From an uncultured Nitrososphaerota archaeon (GTDB taxonomy: Archaea > Thermoproteota > EX4484-205 > JAAOZP01), in assembly GCA_964416155.1 (NCBI GenBank), contig CAYQCW010000003.1, positions 147,774 through 211,773 on the forward strand: a DNA stretch of 64,000 nt, written 5' to 3'. The notes under the pieces were generated by a model. The model was not told where the DNA came from. It saw only the letters and a list, made by a program, of their open reading frames with translations, and made no database searches. The first letter of the stretch is position 1, and every line of letters starts with the position of its first letter. Below are positions 28,787 to 37,976 of this stretch, in pieces. A program made the position numbers and the translations under genes.

Positions 28787-29385
28787 TGTTCTCTTCTAGT
28801 CTCTTTCCCAAGAAGGAGGGAGGAGAGCATGTAATAAACTATTTCGCTTCTCCTGTCAACGGTCGCGATTATCAGTGTCTTCCTAAGAGAGTAGGAGTGT
28901 CTTAGAATATTGTAGAGCTTCGTGACGGGGAGGGGTGTTCCTTCAGCAACCCCGTATACAAGGTATTTCGCAGGCTTCGAACCATAGTCGCCGGCCTCAT
29001 AAACCTTGAAATCTATGTCGAAGCCGTAGCCGTCTTTAACAACATATCCTTTGTCCCTCAGATCCTTGTATATTAAGTATCTCAACCATATCTTACTATC
29101 GGTCTTTTCCAGAATCTTAAGGTACTGGTTAAACATCACCTGTTTAGACCCATGGTACAATACGAGCTTATTCTGGCTCATAAGGTAGAGGGCTTCAAAG
29201 GGACGGAGCACTAAAAAATCTTCCCTAAACTTGAAACCATAGCCTTTAGAATCAAGCCACCCTGCAGCCTCCCTGTCAGTAACATGCACTTCGTCGCGGC
29301 TTTTCTTAGCCACGATTGGAAATTCGGGTTCTTTACTTGTCTCCATGCTCATTAAGTCCACCGGCTGCTCCATAAAGTAGTTCAA
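28783..29385 (-). CDS. endA: tRNA splicing endonuclease subunit, probably the structural (beta) type
   Basis: YKDLRDKGYVVKDGYGFDIDFKVY...AKYLV...SLRKTLIIA; the catalytic His position is not conserved. True start is probably the ATG at 29346 or 29352. Confidence 0.88.
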   Translation of the reverse strand: MNYFMEQPVDLMSMETSKEPEFPIVAKKSRDEVHVTDREAAGWLDSKGYGFKFREDFLVLRPFEALYLMSQNKLVLYHGSKQVMFNQYLKILEKTDSKIWLRYLIYKDLRDKGYVVKDGYGFDIDFKVYEAGDYGSKPAKYLVYGVAEGTPLPVTKLYNILRHSYSLRKTLIIATVDRRSEIVYYMLSSLLLGKETRREQ

Positions 29386-30415
29386 CTATTTCGAACGCTG
29401 TGAAGGAAGCCTTGACCTTCTCGTTAATAAAGAATTCCGTAACCTTCTCGGTTAAAACGGTTTCGTCAAGCTCTTTACCCTCCAGCATTTTCTCGAAATC
29501 TCTAAGTTTCTCAGAAGGTTCGAACATAAAGCTCCCGGATATGCTGATCTTCTCTAGAGTCCTATCTTTAATTTTAAGCCTCATCCTTAGAAAACCATTC
29601 ATCAATCTTTTAGAAAAAAGAAGGGCACCCTTCTCCCTCAACAACGCGGAATGCTTCAGTTGAACACTCTCAGAAACACGGTTGTTCTTAAGCATGTCTC
29701 TATACTTCCAGAAAAACTTCTTTTCCCTAAGCCCCAGCTTAAAATCTTTTATTTTAAAGCCTAGATCATCCATCAAAACTGTCTTAACTGATTCTAAAAA
29801 CGCATCTGCAGAAACCTGTTTCTCTAAAACCTGATCTAACCCTATATAGTTCTCCTTAAGCTTGCCAACTCTTTCTTTAATCAGCCGTTCTTTAGGGAAT
29901 TTTAAGCCAGCCATTTCCTCATAATTTCTCTTCAAATAGATGAATGCGAACCAGCTTGAAAACCCGTTCTTCTCCACATGTATTACTTCTCCTAGAACCT
30001 TATTGAAACACAGTATGTATTCATTTGTAATATGAATGTTCGACACACCGTTTCTCTTCAAGATAAAGCTTATCAGGGAAACGTAGGTCTCTCTGTACTT
30101 CTCTTCCATGGGCACTATCAACGCGACCCCAACCTGGTTTTCATCATGGAGCATCACGTCTCCTCCGTGAAGCCTGAAGAAGTACTTCAAACCTCTTTTA
30201 CGTATGAAGCCTGTTAGAAAATCTTCGTCAGCAACCTGGAAACATCCTAGGCTTACAACTTTACCCTTATTGCTATGCAGGATGACGAGCGGGTATTCCG
30301 GTGGCTTGGGCCTGCTGGAAAGCGCTTCGAAACCGGATAACGCTTCCTCAATCCTCCTATTCTTAAGAGTTAGAACCTTAGCCTCGAGGGTTGTCTGCGG
30401 GTTCGACTGGATCAA
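29333..30415 (-). CDS. Divergent lipoate-protein ligase A family protein
   Basis: Motifs VSLGCFQ and RLHGGDVMLHD; C-terminal ISISGSFMFEP domain. Confidence 0.7.
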   Translation of the reverse strand: MIQSNPQTTLEAKVLTLKNRRIEEALSGFEALSSRPKPPEYPLVILHSNKGKVVSLGCFQVADEDFLTGFIRKRGLKYFFRLHGGDVMLHDENQVGVALIVPMEEKYRETYVSLISFILKRNGVSNIHITNEYILCFNKVLGEVIHVEKNGFSSWFAFIYLKRNYEEMAGLKFPKERLIKERVGKLKENYIGLDQVLEKQVSADAFLESVKTVLMDDLGFKIKDFKLGLREKKFFWKYRDMLKNNRVSESVQLKHSALLREKGALLFSKRLMNGFLRMRLKIKDRTLEKISISGSFMFEPSEKLRDFEKMLEGKELDETVLTEKVTEFFINEKVKASFTAFEIVELLYGAAGGLNEHGDK

Positions 30416-30419
30416 CCTC

Positions 30420-31184
30420 CTACTTCCTCTGCTCCACTTCCAAAGGCCTCGGATTTATCTCTGTGAAAACGTATATTGGCGCGTTCGTCCTCTTCTGAAG
30501 CTTTTCCCTCCAATCTTTACCGGTTGCAATAAGGATGAAAATGCCCACTATATTAGCCTTAGCCTTCTCGATAAGCCTTATTAAAGCAACATCTGTCTCA
30601 CCCGTTCTTATAGCATCATCCACTATCAGGACGTTGTCATCCTTCTTCAAAGCGCTTTTTGGAATATATAGAGAGCTTACTACAGCAGAGCTGCCTATGA
30701 CGTAGGTGGCTTCAAGGAAATCCTTCACCCCAACCTCCTTATACCTTTTAGCTATCACAAGGTCAGCGTCAAGCTCCTCAGCCACGAACGACGCTAAGGG
30801 AATGCCGTCCACGGCAGTAGTCATAACCTTGTCTATCTTTCTCCCCATGAAAGGAATCACAGCCTTATGGCTGATAAGCCTCAGAAGGTTCACATCCCAT
30901 ATTACTCGTGAAGAGTCGAAGTAGCCGGATTCGTCTAGAACAAGCCTGCTTGAAATAATTTCCTCAAGCGGAATTTTCTCTGTGAGAGTACGGTAAAGCT
31001 CATCAGCCCTCTCATCCGAGGGCAGCACATTCCCGTTAACATACCTTGCTAGAACCGTGATAGGCAGGCCGGTGAGCTGCGAAAGCTCGTTATAAGTATA
31101 CCTGTCTTTGACCACTTTAAGCAGGTGAATCACGTTTATCTTCTTTTTAACCTGCTCCATCCGCGACCTGCTCATGACCGACAT
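30420..31184 (-). CDS. HTH plus purine phosphoribosyltransferase domain protein (PurR-like regulator)
   Basis: N-terminal HTH (TYNELSQLTGLPITVLARYVNG) and PRPP motif VLIVDDAIRTGET. Confidence 0.85.
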   Translation of the reverse strand: MSVMSRSRMEQVKKKINVIHLLKVVKDRYTYNELSQLTGLPITVLARYVNGNVLPSDERADELYRTLTEKIPLEEIISSRLVLDESGYFDSSRVIWDVNLLRLISHKAVIPFMGRKIDKVMTTAVDGIPLASFVAEELDADLVIAKRYKEVGVKDFLEATYVIGSSAVVSSLYIPKSALKKDDNVLIVDDAIRTGETDVALIRLIEKAKANIVGIFILIATGKDWREKLQKRTNAPIYVFTEINPRPLEVEQRK

Positions 31185-31331
31185 ATGCCCGCAGCCTAAG
31201 TATTTAGCATTTTCATGTAAAAAGCTTCACTGTCAACATTAGAAACTCCCTTTAAACGCTAAAGGAATGGGGGAAGCATAAAAACCGGGGAACCACAATA
31301 TAGCCTGCTCTTGAAACTCCAGGGGTTGAAA

Positions 31332-31444
31332 CGGGCCCGCTGGGATTTGAACCCAGATCATTACAGCTCTCCCACATTCGTCCCACTATGATAGAGGGCT
31401 CGGCCTTTCAGTCTGCCGCCATATCCAGGTTAGGCGACGGGCCC
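31332..31444 (-). tRNA. tRNA-Arg(TCT) with introns at 30/31 (14 nt, 31399-31412) and 37/38 (23 nt, 31369-31391); C33
   Basis: Exons are identical to tRNA-Arg(CCT) at 9461 except in the anticodon loop; both inserts fold into BHB motifs. Confidence 0.88.
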
Positions 31445-31492
31445 GATTGTTTTTGTTTAAGGGGTGGGTTAAAAATGTTAACGGTTTTGTTT

Positions 31493-34399
31493 TTAGTCCA
31501 TTATTATTGCTGGTCTTCCCGGTAGGATTGGAGGCTTCTTTGCAAGAAGCATCCTCACCTCTTCCCTTTGAGCCACGTCCTCGCTGAATGTTTCGACGCT
31601 GCACCTGAACTCCTTCTCGAAGAAGGATTGCACCTCCTTAATTATGTTCTGCTCGCCTTTCTCTAGCACGTATTTTAGAATCTTCCTGTGTTCTTCCGTC
31701 ACCGTCTGAATGTTCTTCATCACCTGCCCCATGAATCTTCCGAGTTCCTCCTTGCTGACGCCGGTTGCGTGCCGTGCCAAGATTCCCCTTATTTTTTCAG
31801 GATTCGTCTCAGCGATCTCAACTATTTCTCTAAACGCGGTATTCTTCCATTGCGCGGCTGTTATGAGCCTCAGCTTGGTCGGTGAAGTCTTTTTCACAGC
31901 CTTCAGTATTTGATAAGTGTCCTCCACGAGCTGCTCTAAGTATTTCTCTATAAGCATAGGCTTCTCGTCGGCTTCAACAGACACGGGCCACGCGTGGTTG
32001 GCAAGCAGATTCTTCTTACCCAGCTTGCTCCACAACTCTTCGGCGAGATGCGGTGAGAAAGGGTAGAGCAAGTTAAGCCATGTTTCAACTGCCTCCCTTA
32101 AAGCCGTGGAATCAGGTTCCTTAACCCTTCTCAAGTACCATCTTAAGTCGTTTCTTAAACCATAAAGGGCTTCACTCGCGGCCTCTCTTATCTGCATGTT
32201 TTCAAGGGCTTCTGTAACGTTTTTAACACGTTTCCTGACCGCGTTCCTTAACCAATCCTCCATGTGCCCGTTGCAAGCCGATCCTTTTTCTTCTAAAAGT
32301 GAGTGAACAAACCCGTAGATGCTTCTTAACAGCTCAATGTTTTTCCTAGCCTTCTCACTCTCCCAGTTAGGATCCTCCAAGCCCTCTGCCGAGAGAAGCA
32401 AGGTTATTCTCGTCGCATCCGAACCGTATTTTTCAACAGCATCCCTTAGAGAGATGAAGACTCCCTTAGACTTATGCATGGGTTGTCCCTCTATCCTTAG
32501 AAAGCCGTTCACCGATATTTGTCTAGGCCATTTCTCCTCAGGAAAGATGGCGACATGGTGGAAGATGTAGAATGTTAAATGATTTGCGACAAGATCCTTG
32601 CCTGAGTTCCTAAGGTCAACCGGATACCAGTAGTCAAACTCATACCTAAGCCTCTTTAAGAAGCCCGCGGATACGCCTGTCTTACTTTCAACCTCCTCCG
32701 GCACGCCCATTCCGAGTAACACATAGTCGTAGAACTCTTCAGTAAGGTTTTCAGGCTTCAACATCCTGTTGTTAACGTATTTTGAAACGATGTAGTACGC
32801 CATGTACACGGTGGAGTCGCTCAGCGTTTCAACAATATGGCTAGGAAGCCATGGAACCGGGGTTCCGAGCCCAGAGGTCCTTGTGAAAGCCCAGTCATCA
32901 TACCAGTTTACGAAATAAGTAAAGTTCTCCCTAACCTCCTTGGGGTATATGCTCATTCTTACCAATGCTTTCAGAGCTTTAGCCTTCCATTCAGGCCAAG
33001 AGTATCTTAAGAGATACTGGTCACCCAGGATTTTAACGTGGCACCTCGTCCCGCATCTGCAAACCACCGGCGACGGCAATTCTAGAAACTCGTCCCCTAC
33101 ACCGGTTTTCCTCATCTCCTCGATAACAAGCTCTTTAGCCTTCTGGACAGGTAAACCTGAAAACCTGCCGCAGTTGCTAAGCGTCACACCCTTGTGAAAC
33201 TCCTCCCTATATACTAGGCTTGTAGCCTCTTCCAGCTTAGGGTCAAATTGGTTTTTTATCTTGAGTTCTGTAACAAGTTTCTCAGAGGGATTTGAACCAT
33301 ACTTCTCGGTTGTTATCATGGATATTGGTTTTATAGAACGGATTTCAGCCGGGTCGAGACTGTACTCCCTGAGAACAGCCTCGTTTCTCTTCAAGTCCTC
33401 AAGAGCCATGTAATCATACGGAGCGTGCGCTGGAACACTGTAGACCACGCCTGTTCCAAGAGAAGGGTCTACGAATGAAGCCGGCAATACCAGGACTCTA
33501 GCACCTGTGAAAACAGTCTCAACAGCCTTGCCTATAAGGTCCCTGCCCTTTAATTCACGCATCTTATTAATAGTTCTCATCTGGTCGGCAAGCTTATCCA
33601 GCGTCTCAACGCTAACAATCCATTTTTCACCGTCGACAGTCGCCTCCGCATAAGCAGCATCCGGGTTGACCCAAACGTTTGTGGCTCCGAAAATCGTCTC
33701 CGGACGGAAGGTTGCGGCAACAAGATGAGAGTCTCCAAGACGGAATTTGACGAGATAGAACTTCTCTGGGAAAACACCCTCTCCGCTAAGCCTGTCATGA
33801 TCCCCCGTGGAACTCTTGTCCCTCGGACACCATACGACGGGGTGCACCCCCTTCGTAATGTAACCCTTCTCCTTCAGCTTCAAGTATTGCCATTGAACAA
33901 AAGTGCTGAAGCCAAGGTTTAAACTGGAAGTATGGAACTCTCTACGCCAATCTACAGCCAGACCATAATCCTTAAGAGCAGCACGATTCCTCTCAGTGTA
34001 ATACTTAGCTAGGTAGAGCGGGTCTTTGAAACGTTCAATCTCTTCTCTTGGGACACCGTCCATCTTCTCAAGTATTTCAATAGTTCTCGCGTCGCCCCGG
34101 CTTATCCTGTCAGAGATTCCGGTTATAGTCGTACCGGTCCAGTGGAACGCGAACGGGAAAAGAACGTTGAAACCTCTCTTACGCTTAAACCTTGCCACAA
34201 CGTCTAGACGAGTTAAAGTGTATGCCGTGCCGAGGTGGACGGGCCCACTCATATAGGGGAAAGGAAAGGTTACGAAGAACTTTGGCTTAGACGGGTCTGG
34301 CTCAGCCTCGAAAGCCTTCTCCTCCTCATACTTTCTCTGCCACTTCTTCTCGATCTCTGAGAAAGAGTACTCTGGCTTCTCCAAGGTTTTGTTTTCCAA
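31493..34399 (-). CDS. leuS: Leucyl-tRNA synthetase (archaeal type)
   Basis: FPFPYMSGPVHLG (HIGH-like), CP1 editing domain, SGKDLVANHL and PMHKSKG (KMSKS-like). Confidence 0.96.
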   Translation of the reverse strand: MENKTLEKPEYSFSEIEKKWQRKYEEEKAFEAEPDPSKPKFFVTFPFPYMSGPVHLGTAYTLTRLDVVARFKRKRGFNVLFPFAFHWTGTTITGISDRISRGDARTIEILEKMDGVPREEIERFKDPLYLAKYYTERNRAALKDYGLAVDWRREFHTSSLNLGFSTFVQWQYLKLKEKGYITKGVHPVVWCPRDKSSTGDHDRLSGEGVFPEKFYLVKFRLGDSHLVAATFRPETIFGATNVWVNPDAAYAEATVDGEKWIVSVETLDKLADQMRTINKMRELKGRDLIGKAVETVFTGARVLVLPASFVDPSLGTGVVYSVPAHAPYDYMALEDLKRNEAVLREYSLDPAEIRSIKPISMITTEKYGSNPSEKLVTELKIKNQFDPKLEEATSLVYREEFHKGVTLSNCGRFSGLPVQKAKELVIEEMRKTGVGDEFLELPSPVVCRCGTRCHVKILGDQYLLRYSWPEWKAKALKALVRMSIYPKEVRENFTYFVNWYDDWAFTRTSGLGTPVPWLPSHIVETLSDSTVYMAYYIVSKYVNNRMLKPENLTEEFYDYVLLGMGVPEEVESKTGVSAGFLKRLRYEFDYWYPVDLRNSGKDLVANHLTFYIFHHVAIFPEEKWPRQISVNGFLRIEGQPMHKSKGVFISLRDAVEKYGSDATRITLLLSAEGLEDPNWESEKARKNIELLRSIYGFVHSLLEEKGSACNGHMEDWLRNAVRKRVKNVTEALENMQIREAASEALYGLRNDLRWYLRRVKEPDSTALREAVETWLNLLYPFSPHLAEELWSKLGKKNLLANHAWPVSVEADEKPMLIEKYLEQLVEDTYQILKAVKKTSPTKLRLITAAQWKNTAFREIVEIAETNPEKIRGILARHATGVSKEELGRFMGQVMKNIQTVTEEHRKILKYVLEKGEQNIIKEVQSFFEKEFRCSVETFSEDVAQREEVRMLLAKKPPILPGRPAIIMD

Positions 34400-34468
34400 G
34401 CCTTGGAAAGATACTTAAAGATTTAGGGAGGAACCTCAGATAAGAATCTTAACAACTTGCCGTGGTTA

Positions 34469-35141
34469 CTAATGAATACGCTTTTTTGGAGCATGTTTTC
34501 TCTTCCTTAGGGTCTTTTCAAGCTCTCTGTATCCCTCCTTTCTGAGAAATTCCTTTCTTTTCTTGTTGTTCCAAAATTCCTTTACCGCCATATCCATCGC
34601 ATCCAATGCTTCAATAATGGCTTTCATTTTTTCATTGTAGCCCAGTGGAATCGAACAGCACGTAGAAATATCCGGGGAGAAGATAATTTACCTTAATGCC
34701 TGTTTTCTTGCTAACTAGTTTAGCCACATACTCTCCATAGGCCAGATGTGCTACAATTATGGGATATTCATGTCTCCATTTTTCTCGATCCTCTTCCACA
34801 AGCTTCTTTGCTAGGACTTCTGCCTTCAGATAATCCATCCGATAAAAGAACATAAGCTCTTTATGCACATCATATACTTTATTCGTCTGAACAATTACGG
34901 TGCAATTATAAAACTCTAAGATTTGTGGAAGGTAGCGCTCATAAAATATTTTAACAGCCTATTTTATCTTCCTCTCTTTCCCATCAATACAAACTTCTGA
35001 TTTCCCCTTCACATATCTTTCTGATTTGTAGGGAAAACAGATGATCCCGTATTCCTCCAACTTTCCTAGTATCTGACCATACCGTTCATTCATGTGAGCA
35101 ACTAGTTTCTTTAGGAAGTTTTCTTCATTCATCTCCTCCAA
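34469..35141 (-). pseudogene. Single broken ~220-aa gene (putative immunity protein)
   Basis: ORFs 34959-35141 and 34632-34868 share a frame across one TAG (KIK*AVKIFYERY). A frameshift near 34640 continues into MKAIIEALDAMDMAVKEFWN. Confidence 0.7.
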
Positions 35142-35317
35142 CTTCTAGCACTATTTCTCTTCCTCCAATAAGATATAAAAGCTTACATACCATTCTCTTG
35201 AAGGAATTAAGAATCTCCTTAATTTGATCTGTCCAGATTATTTTGTAAAAACATTAATATCCCTGGTTTCAGGTTGAGAAAGTTGGAGAGGGAGAGGGGC
35301 TGGAGGTTCAAGATCTT

Positions 35318-35611
35318 TTAACCCTCAGATAGGGGTTCATATCCTACTTCCGCTTTCTTTTTCTCTAAGTAAACATAGGCTACTATGTAAGCTTTAATAT
35401 TCTCCCCCCTCTTAATACCATAGCCCTTTTTACTTAAGTCAAGACCATGTTCTTCAATATACTCTTTGTATTTTTTTAATTGCTCCAAGCCATTCCTAAT
35501 AGCATTGCCTATGCTACCATACTTCGTGGTTGACTTGACCTCTATGACTATGAAGCGACCGTCCTTCGTCTTAAAGACTAAATCTTTCCCATCAGGGGCC
35601 TGTTGAGTATG
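35318..35611 (-). pseudogene. N-terminally truncated PD-(D/E)xK nuclease domain (toxin-tip-like)
   Basis: Start-less 97-codon frame PDGKDLVFKTKDGRFIVIEVKST...GLEQLKKY, absent from the ORF track. Confidence 0.7.
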
Positions 35612-35767
35612 CTACTTAAACCGGCTGGAGGAAAAGGATGAAGAGTGTTGAAAGCAGGCGTCTCCAGCCACGCCCATCCATAGATGGGAAACGCGTGGGC
35701 TTGAGATAAGGCTTTCCGGTATGCACTGTTTGCGATGCTAGGGCTGTCCTCACAGGGTTACCCGGCC

Positions 35768-36047
35768 TCCGAGAATCGGCCCGAAATACGTTTTCGAAGT
35801 CCATATGAGGGGAAGCCTGGAGGCAGACCTCCTCAGGCTTAAGCATGCTCACAACCTCTGGGAGTCGAAAATATTCTTGGTTTCGACGGAGGATCAGCTT
35901 AAGGAAGCACGGTTGAAATTCCTCGGAGAGCTTCACGAGATCAAGGATGAAGTAACCCTGCTAGAAATAGGAGACGTTAAGAAATTCTACGGGTTTAAGG
36001 GGAGGTTCGAATGGCTTGAAAGAAGATTTGGACTAAGACCAAACTAA
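35768..36047 (+). pseudogene. C-terminal fragment of a restriction-endonuclease-like protein
   Basis: PKYVFEVHMRGSLEADLLRLKHAHNLWESKIFLV resembles the C-terminus of archaeal EVE-associated nucleases as I recall it; the upstream part is scrambled. Confidence 0.5.
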
Positions 36048-36581
36048 ACATAAGCTAGAGGCTTACTTGTTTGCGTGCGGACATATGGTTGCCTTTTATG
36101 GCTCTAAGCTTGGCATTTCTTTAAACATATTTTTTAAAATGTTGGGTGAACGCAAGGGTTGTACTGACGAAAATTTTATAAGATTAACTTAAGTTACTGG
36201 GAAACAGATGCTGAAGGAATGTAAGGGGCTGGCCACTAAATTGGTTAAGCTTAAGGTGGACCCCGGGCAACTTGCAAAAAGCTTGACTGATAAGCCGGGT
36301 ATGAACGTAACGGCTTTCATACCGTAACGGCTTTCTGCAACTCATGCGGCTGTTTTCATTTATCGCACTGCCTTGTTTAAATAATTTATGGTAATAGAGA
36401 GGTTCTAGTCGAGGTTAACCTTGAAACAACAGCACGCACTATTCCGTCGCCCCAGGCTGGTCTTGATTTAGACCCTTCCTCTCGTTTTTCATTCAATCCC
36501 TGAACCCCCTTGCTTCCTGAGTGCATCAGGGGTGCCGTCTTTAGGGTAAAAGCAGAGTATGATTTTCCTACCATGGTAGTC

Positions 36582-36599
36582 TCTTAGCGCGCGCTAAGA
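36582..36599. repeat. Perfect 18-bp palindrome TCTTAGCGCGCGCTAAGA
   Basis: Exact self-complement; a second palindrome, CTACCATGGTAG (36568-36579), lies 2 nt upstream. Confidence 0.9.
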
Positions 36600-36730
36600 T
36601 GTAACGATAGGCTTTTTGGAAGACAGCTCAGGCTCTTTCTGTCAGCCCTTAGTTCGCAGGATTCTTGGTTATGACAACCATCGACTCTGTTTCAATTAAT
36701 CGTGATACTACGGTAAAGTGTGCTTAGCCT

Positions 36731-37237
36731 TTAAGTTAGCATGTGCTTCACCCTGCTCCTTCTTTTTAGAAAAAATGATGGCAATAATAATAGAACTCCA
36801 GCGGTGAAGACAATGATTTGATCCGTATACTCCGATTCTGAAATCCCTTGCGAAGATGTTCGGAGACTCAGAGATGGGCTGGGAGGACTGAAGTTTAAAA
36901 CGAGGGCGTGAATACCCCTTTGCGCTGTCTGAAGAGTCACTATGAAAGACCCCTCATGCCTACTTGCCCCCACTCCGGTCAGGGGCTGGTTCTGCAGGTA
37001 AGCCCCGACTTCTTCCGGCCTTAAAAATATAAGGGTTGAATCAACATCTCTGGGGATATCGACGGACAGGATGATGCTCGACGAGCGTGTGAAGAAGAAG
37101 ATTTCTCTCGAGGTAACGTTACCCGCCGGCTCTAAGAACCTCCAGCCCATAGCTCTGTCAAAGAAGGGTTGGCGTGCAAAGATGTAGGTTACAGATACTA
37201 GGATTAGAAAGAAGCCTAGTCTTGACGCGGGATTCAA
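36731..37237 (-). CDS. Hypothetical membrane protein (N- and C-terminal TM) in the ABC operon
   Basis: Starts immediately after the permease stop; has two hydrophobic termini. Confidence 0.7.
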   Translation of the reverse strand: MNPASRLGFFLILVSVTYIFARQPFFDRAMGWRFLEPAGNVTSREIFFFTRSSSIILSVDIPRDVDSTLIFLRPEEVGAYLQNQPLTGVGASRHEGSFIVTLQTAQRGIHALVLNFSPPSPSLSLRTSSQGISESEYTDQIIVFTAGVLLLLPSFFLKRRSRVKHMLT

Positions 37238-37238
37238 T

Positions 37239-37976
37239 TCATCTCACCTCATAAAAGCGGGTGAAGCAGATATACGCGACCAGTAGAAGCCCGATGGAAA
37301 TAGCTAAGGTAGTGGCTAAGGCGTCAGTGCTCAAGTGAGGGACGATTAGAAAGCTTCTTGTAGAACTAGGAGGAATAAAGGATAGGAAGAATATTTCTTC
37401 AGGATTATAGTGGAAGGACATCGTGTTTAAAGAGTAGAAAACCAGCACAGTCGATAATATAGATATGATGCTTCTTTCAGAAACTGTGGATATTAAGACG
37501 CTTACAGATATGATGAAAAATGTTTGAACCAATACGGGAAGAAATTGGAATATAATGGAAATGAGAGAATCAGCCAGCCACATACCCCTCAGATTCTCGA
37601 CAACGAGTATCAGCGTCACAGCGGAAACATATATAATGCTCGCCAAAAATAAGGCTAAAAGCTTTCCGGCGAATAGTTCTTTTCTACCACGAGAATACGC
37701 TAGTTCCATATCCAAGATTCCAGCTTCCCGTTCATACACGAATAGGATTGTGGCAAGAACCCCGGTTACCGCCCCCTGTATCATGAATGTTCCAAGCACT
37801 GAATTCAAAATATATTGTACAAACATTTGGAGGAAAGAATGGATTGTGGGGTTCGAAAACACTAGTAGGTTTGGCAATTCTATTGTTCCGTTGAATACCA
37901 TGCTGATGATCATTATTTCGGGTATTGGAAACACCATAAGTTTCTTCAGCTCCCAATAGACGTTTTCGCGGTTCAA
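37239..37976 (-). CDS. ABC-2 type exporter permease
   Basis: Six TM; YEREAGIL...SRGRKELFAGKLL motif; 4-nt overlap with the ATPase gene. Confidence 0.82.
   Translation of the reverse strand: MNRENVYWELKKLMVFPIPEIMIISMVFNGTIELPNLLVFSNPTIHSFLQMFVQYILNSVLGTFMIQGAVTGVLATILFVYEREAGILDMELAYSRGRKELFAGKLLALFLASIIYVSAVTLILVVENLRGMWLADSLISIIFQFLPVLVQTFFIISVSVLISTVSERSIISILSTVLVFYSLNTMSFHYNPEEIFFLSFIPPSSTRSFLIVPHLSTDALATTLAISIGLLLVAYICFTRFYEVR

Noticed and set aside
29333-29385. 53-nt overlap between the ligase-like gene and endA
   Set aside because: It shrinks to 14-20 nt with a downstream ATG; likely a start-calling artefact.
9461-31444. The two tRNA-Arg bodies as attL/attR of a 22-kb element
   Set aside because: They are inverted, both full length, and enclose core genes such as hisS; no integrase is present.
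34959-34961. In-frame TAG joining two ORFs as possible amber recoding, with the CUCUAA string in the tRNA-Arg loop as a suppressor
   Set aside because: The same gene also has a frameshift, so decay is simpler. BHB geometry places UCU, not CUA, at 34-36. No pyl genes are in the window and TAG ends several normal genes.
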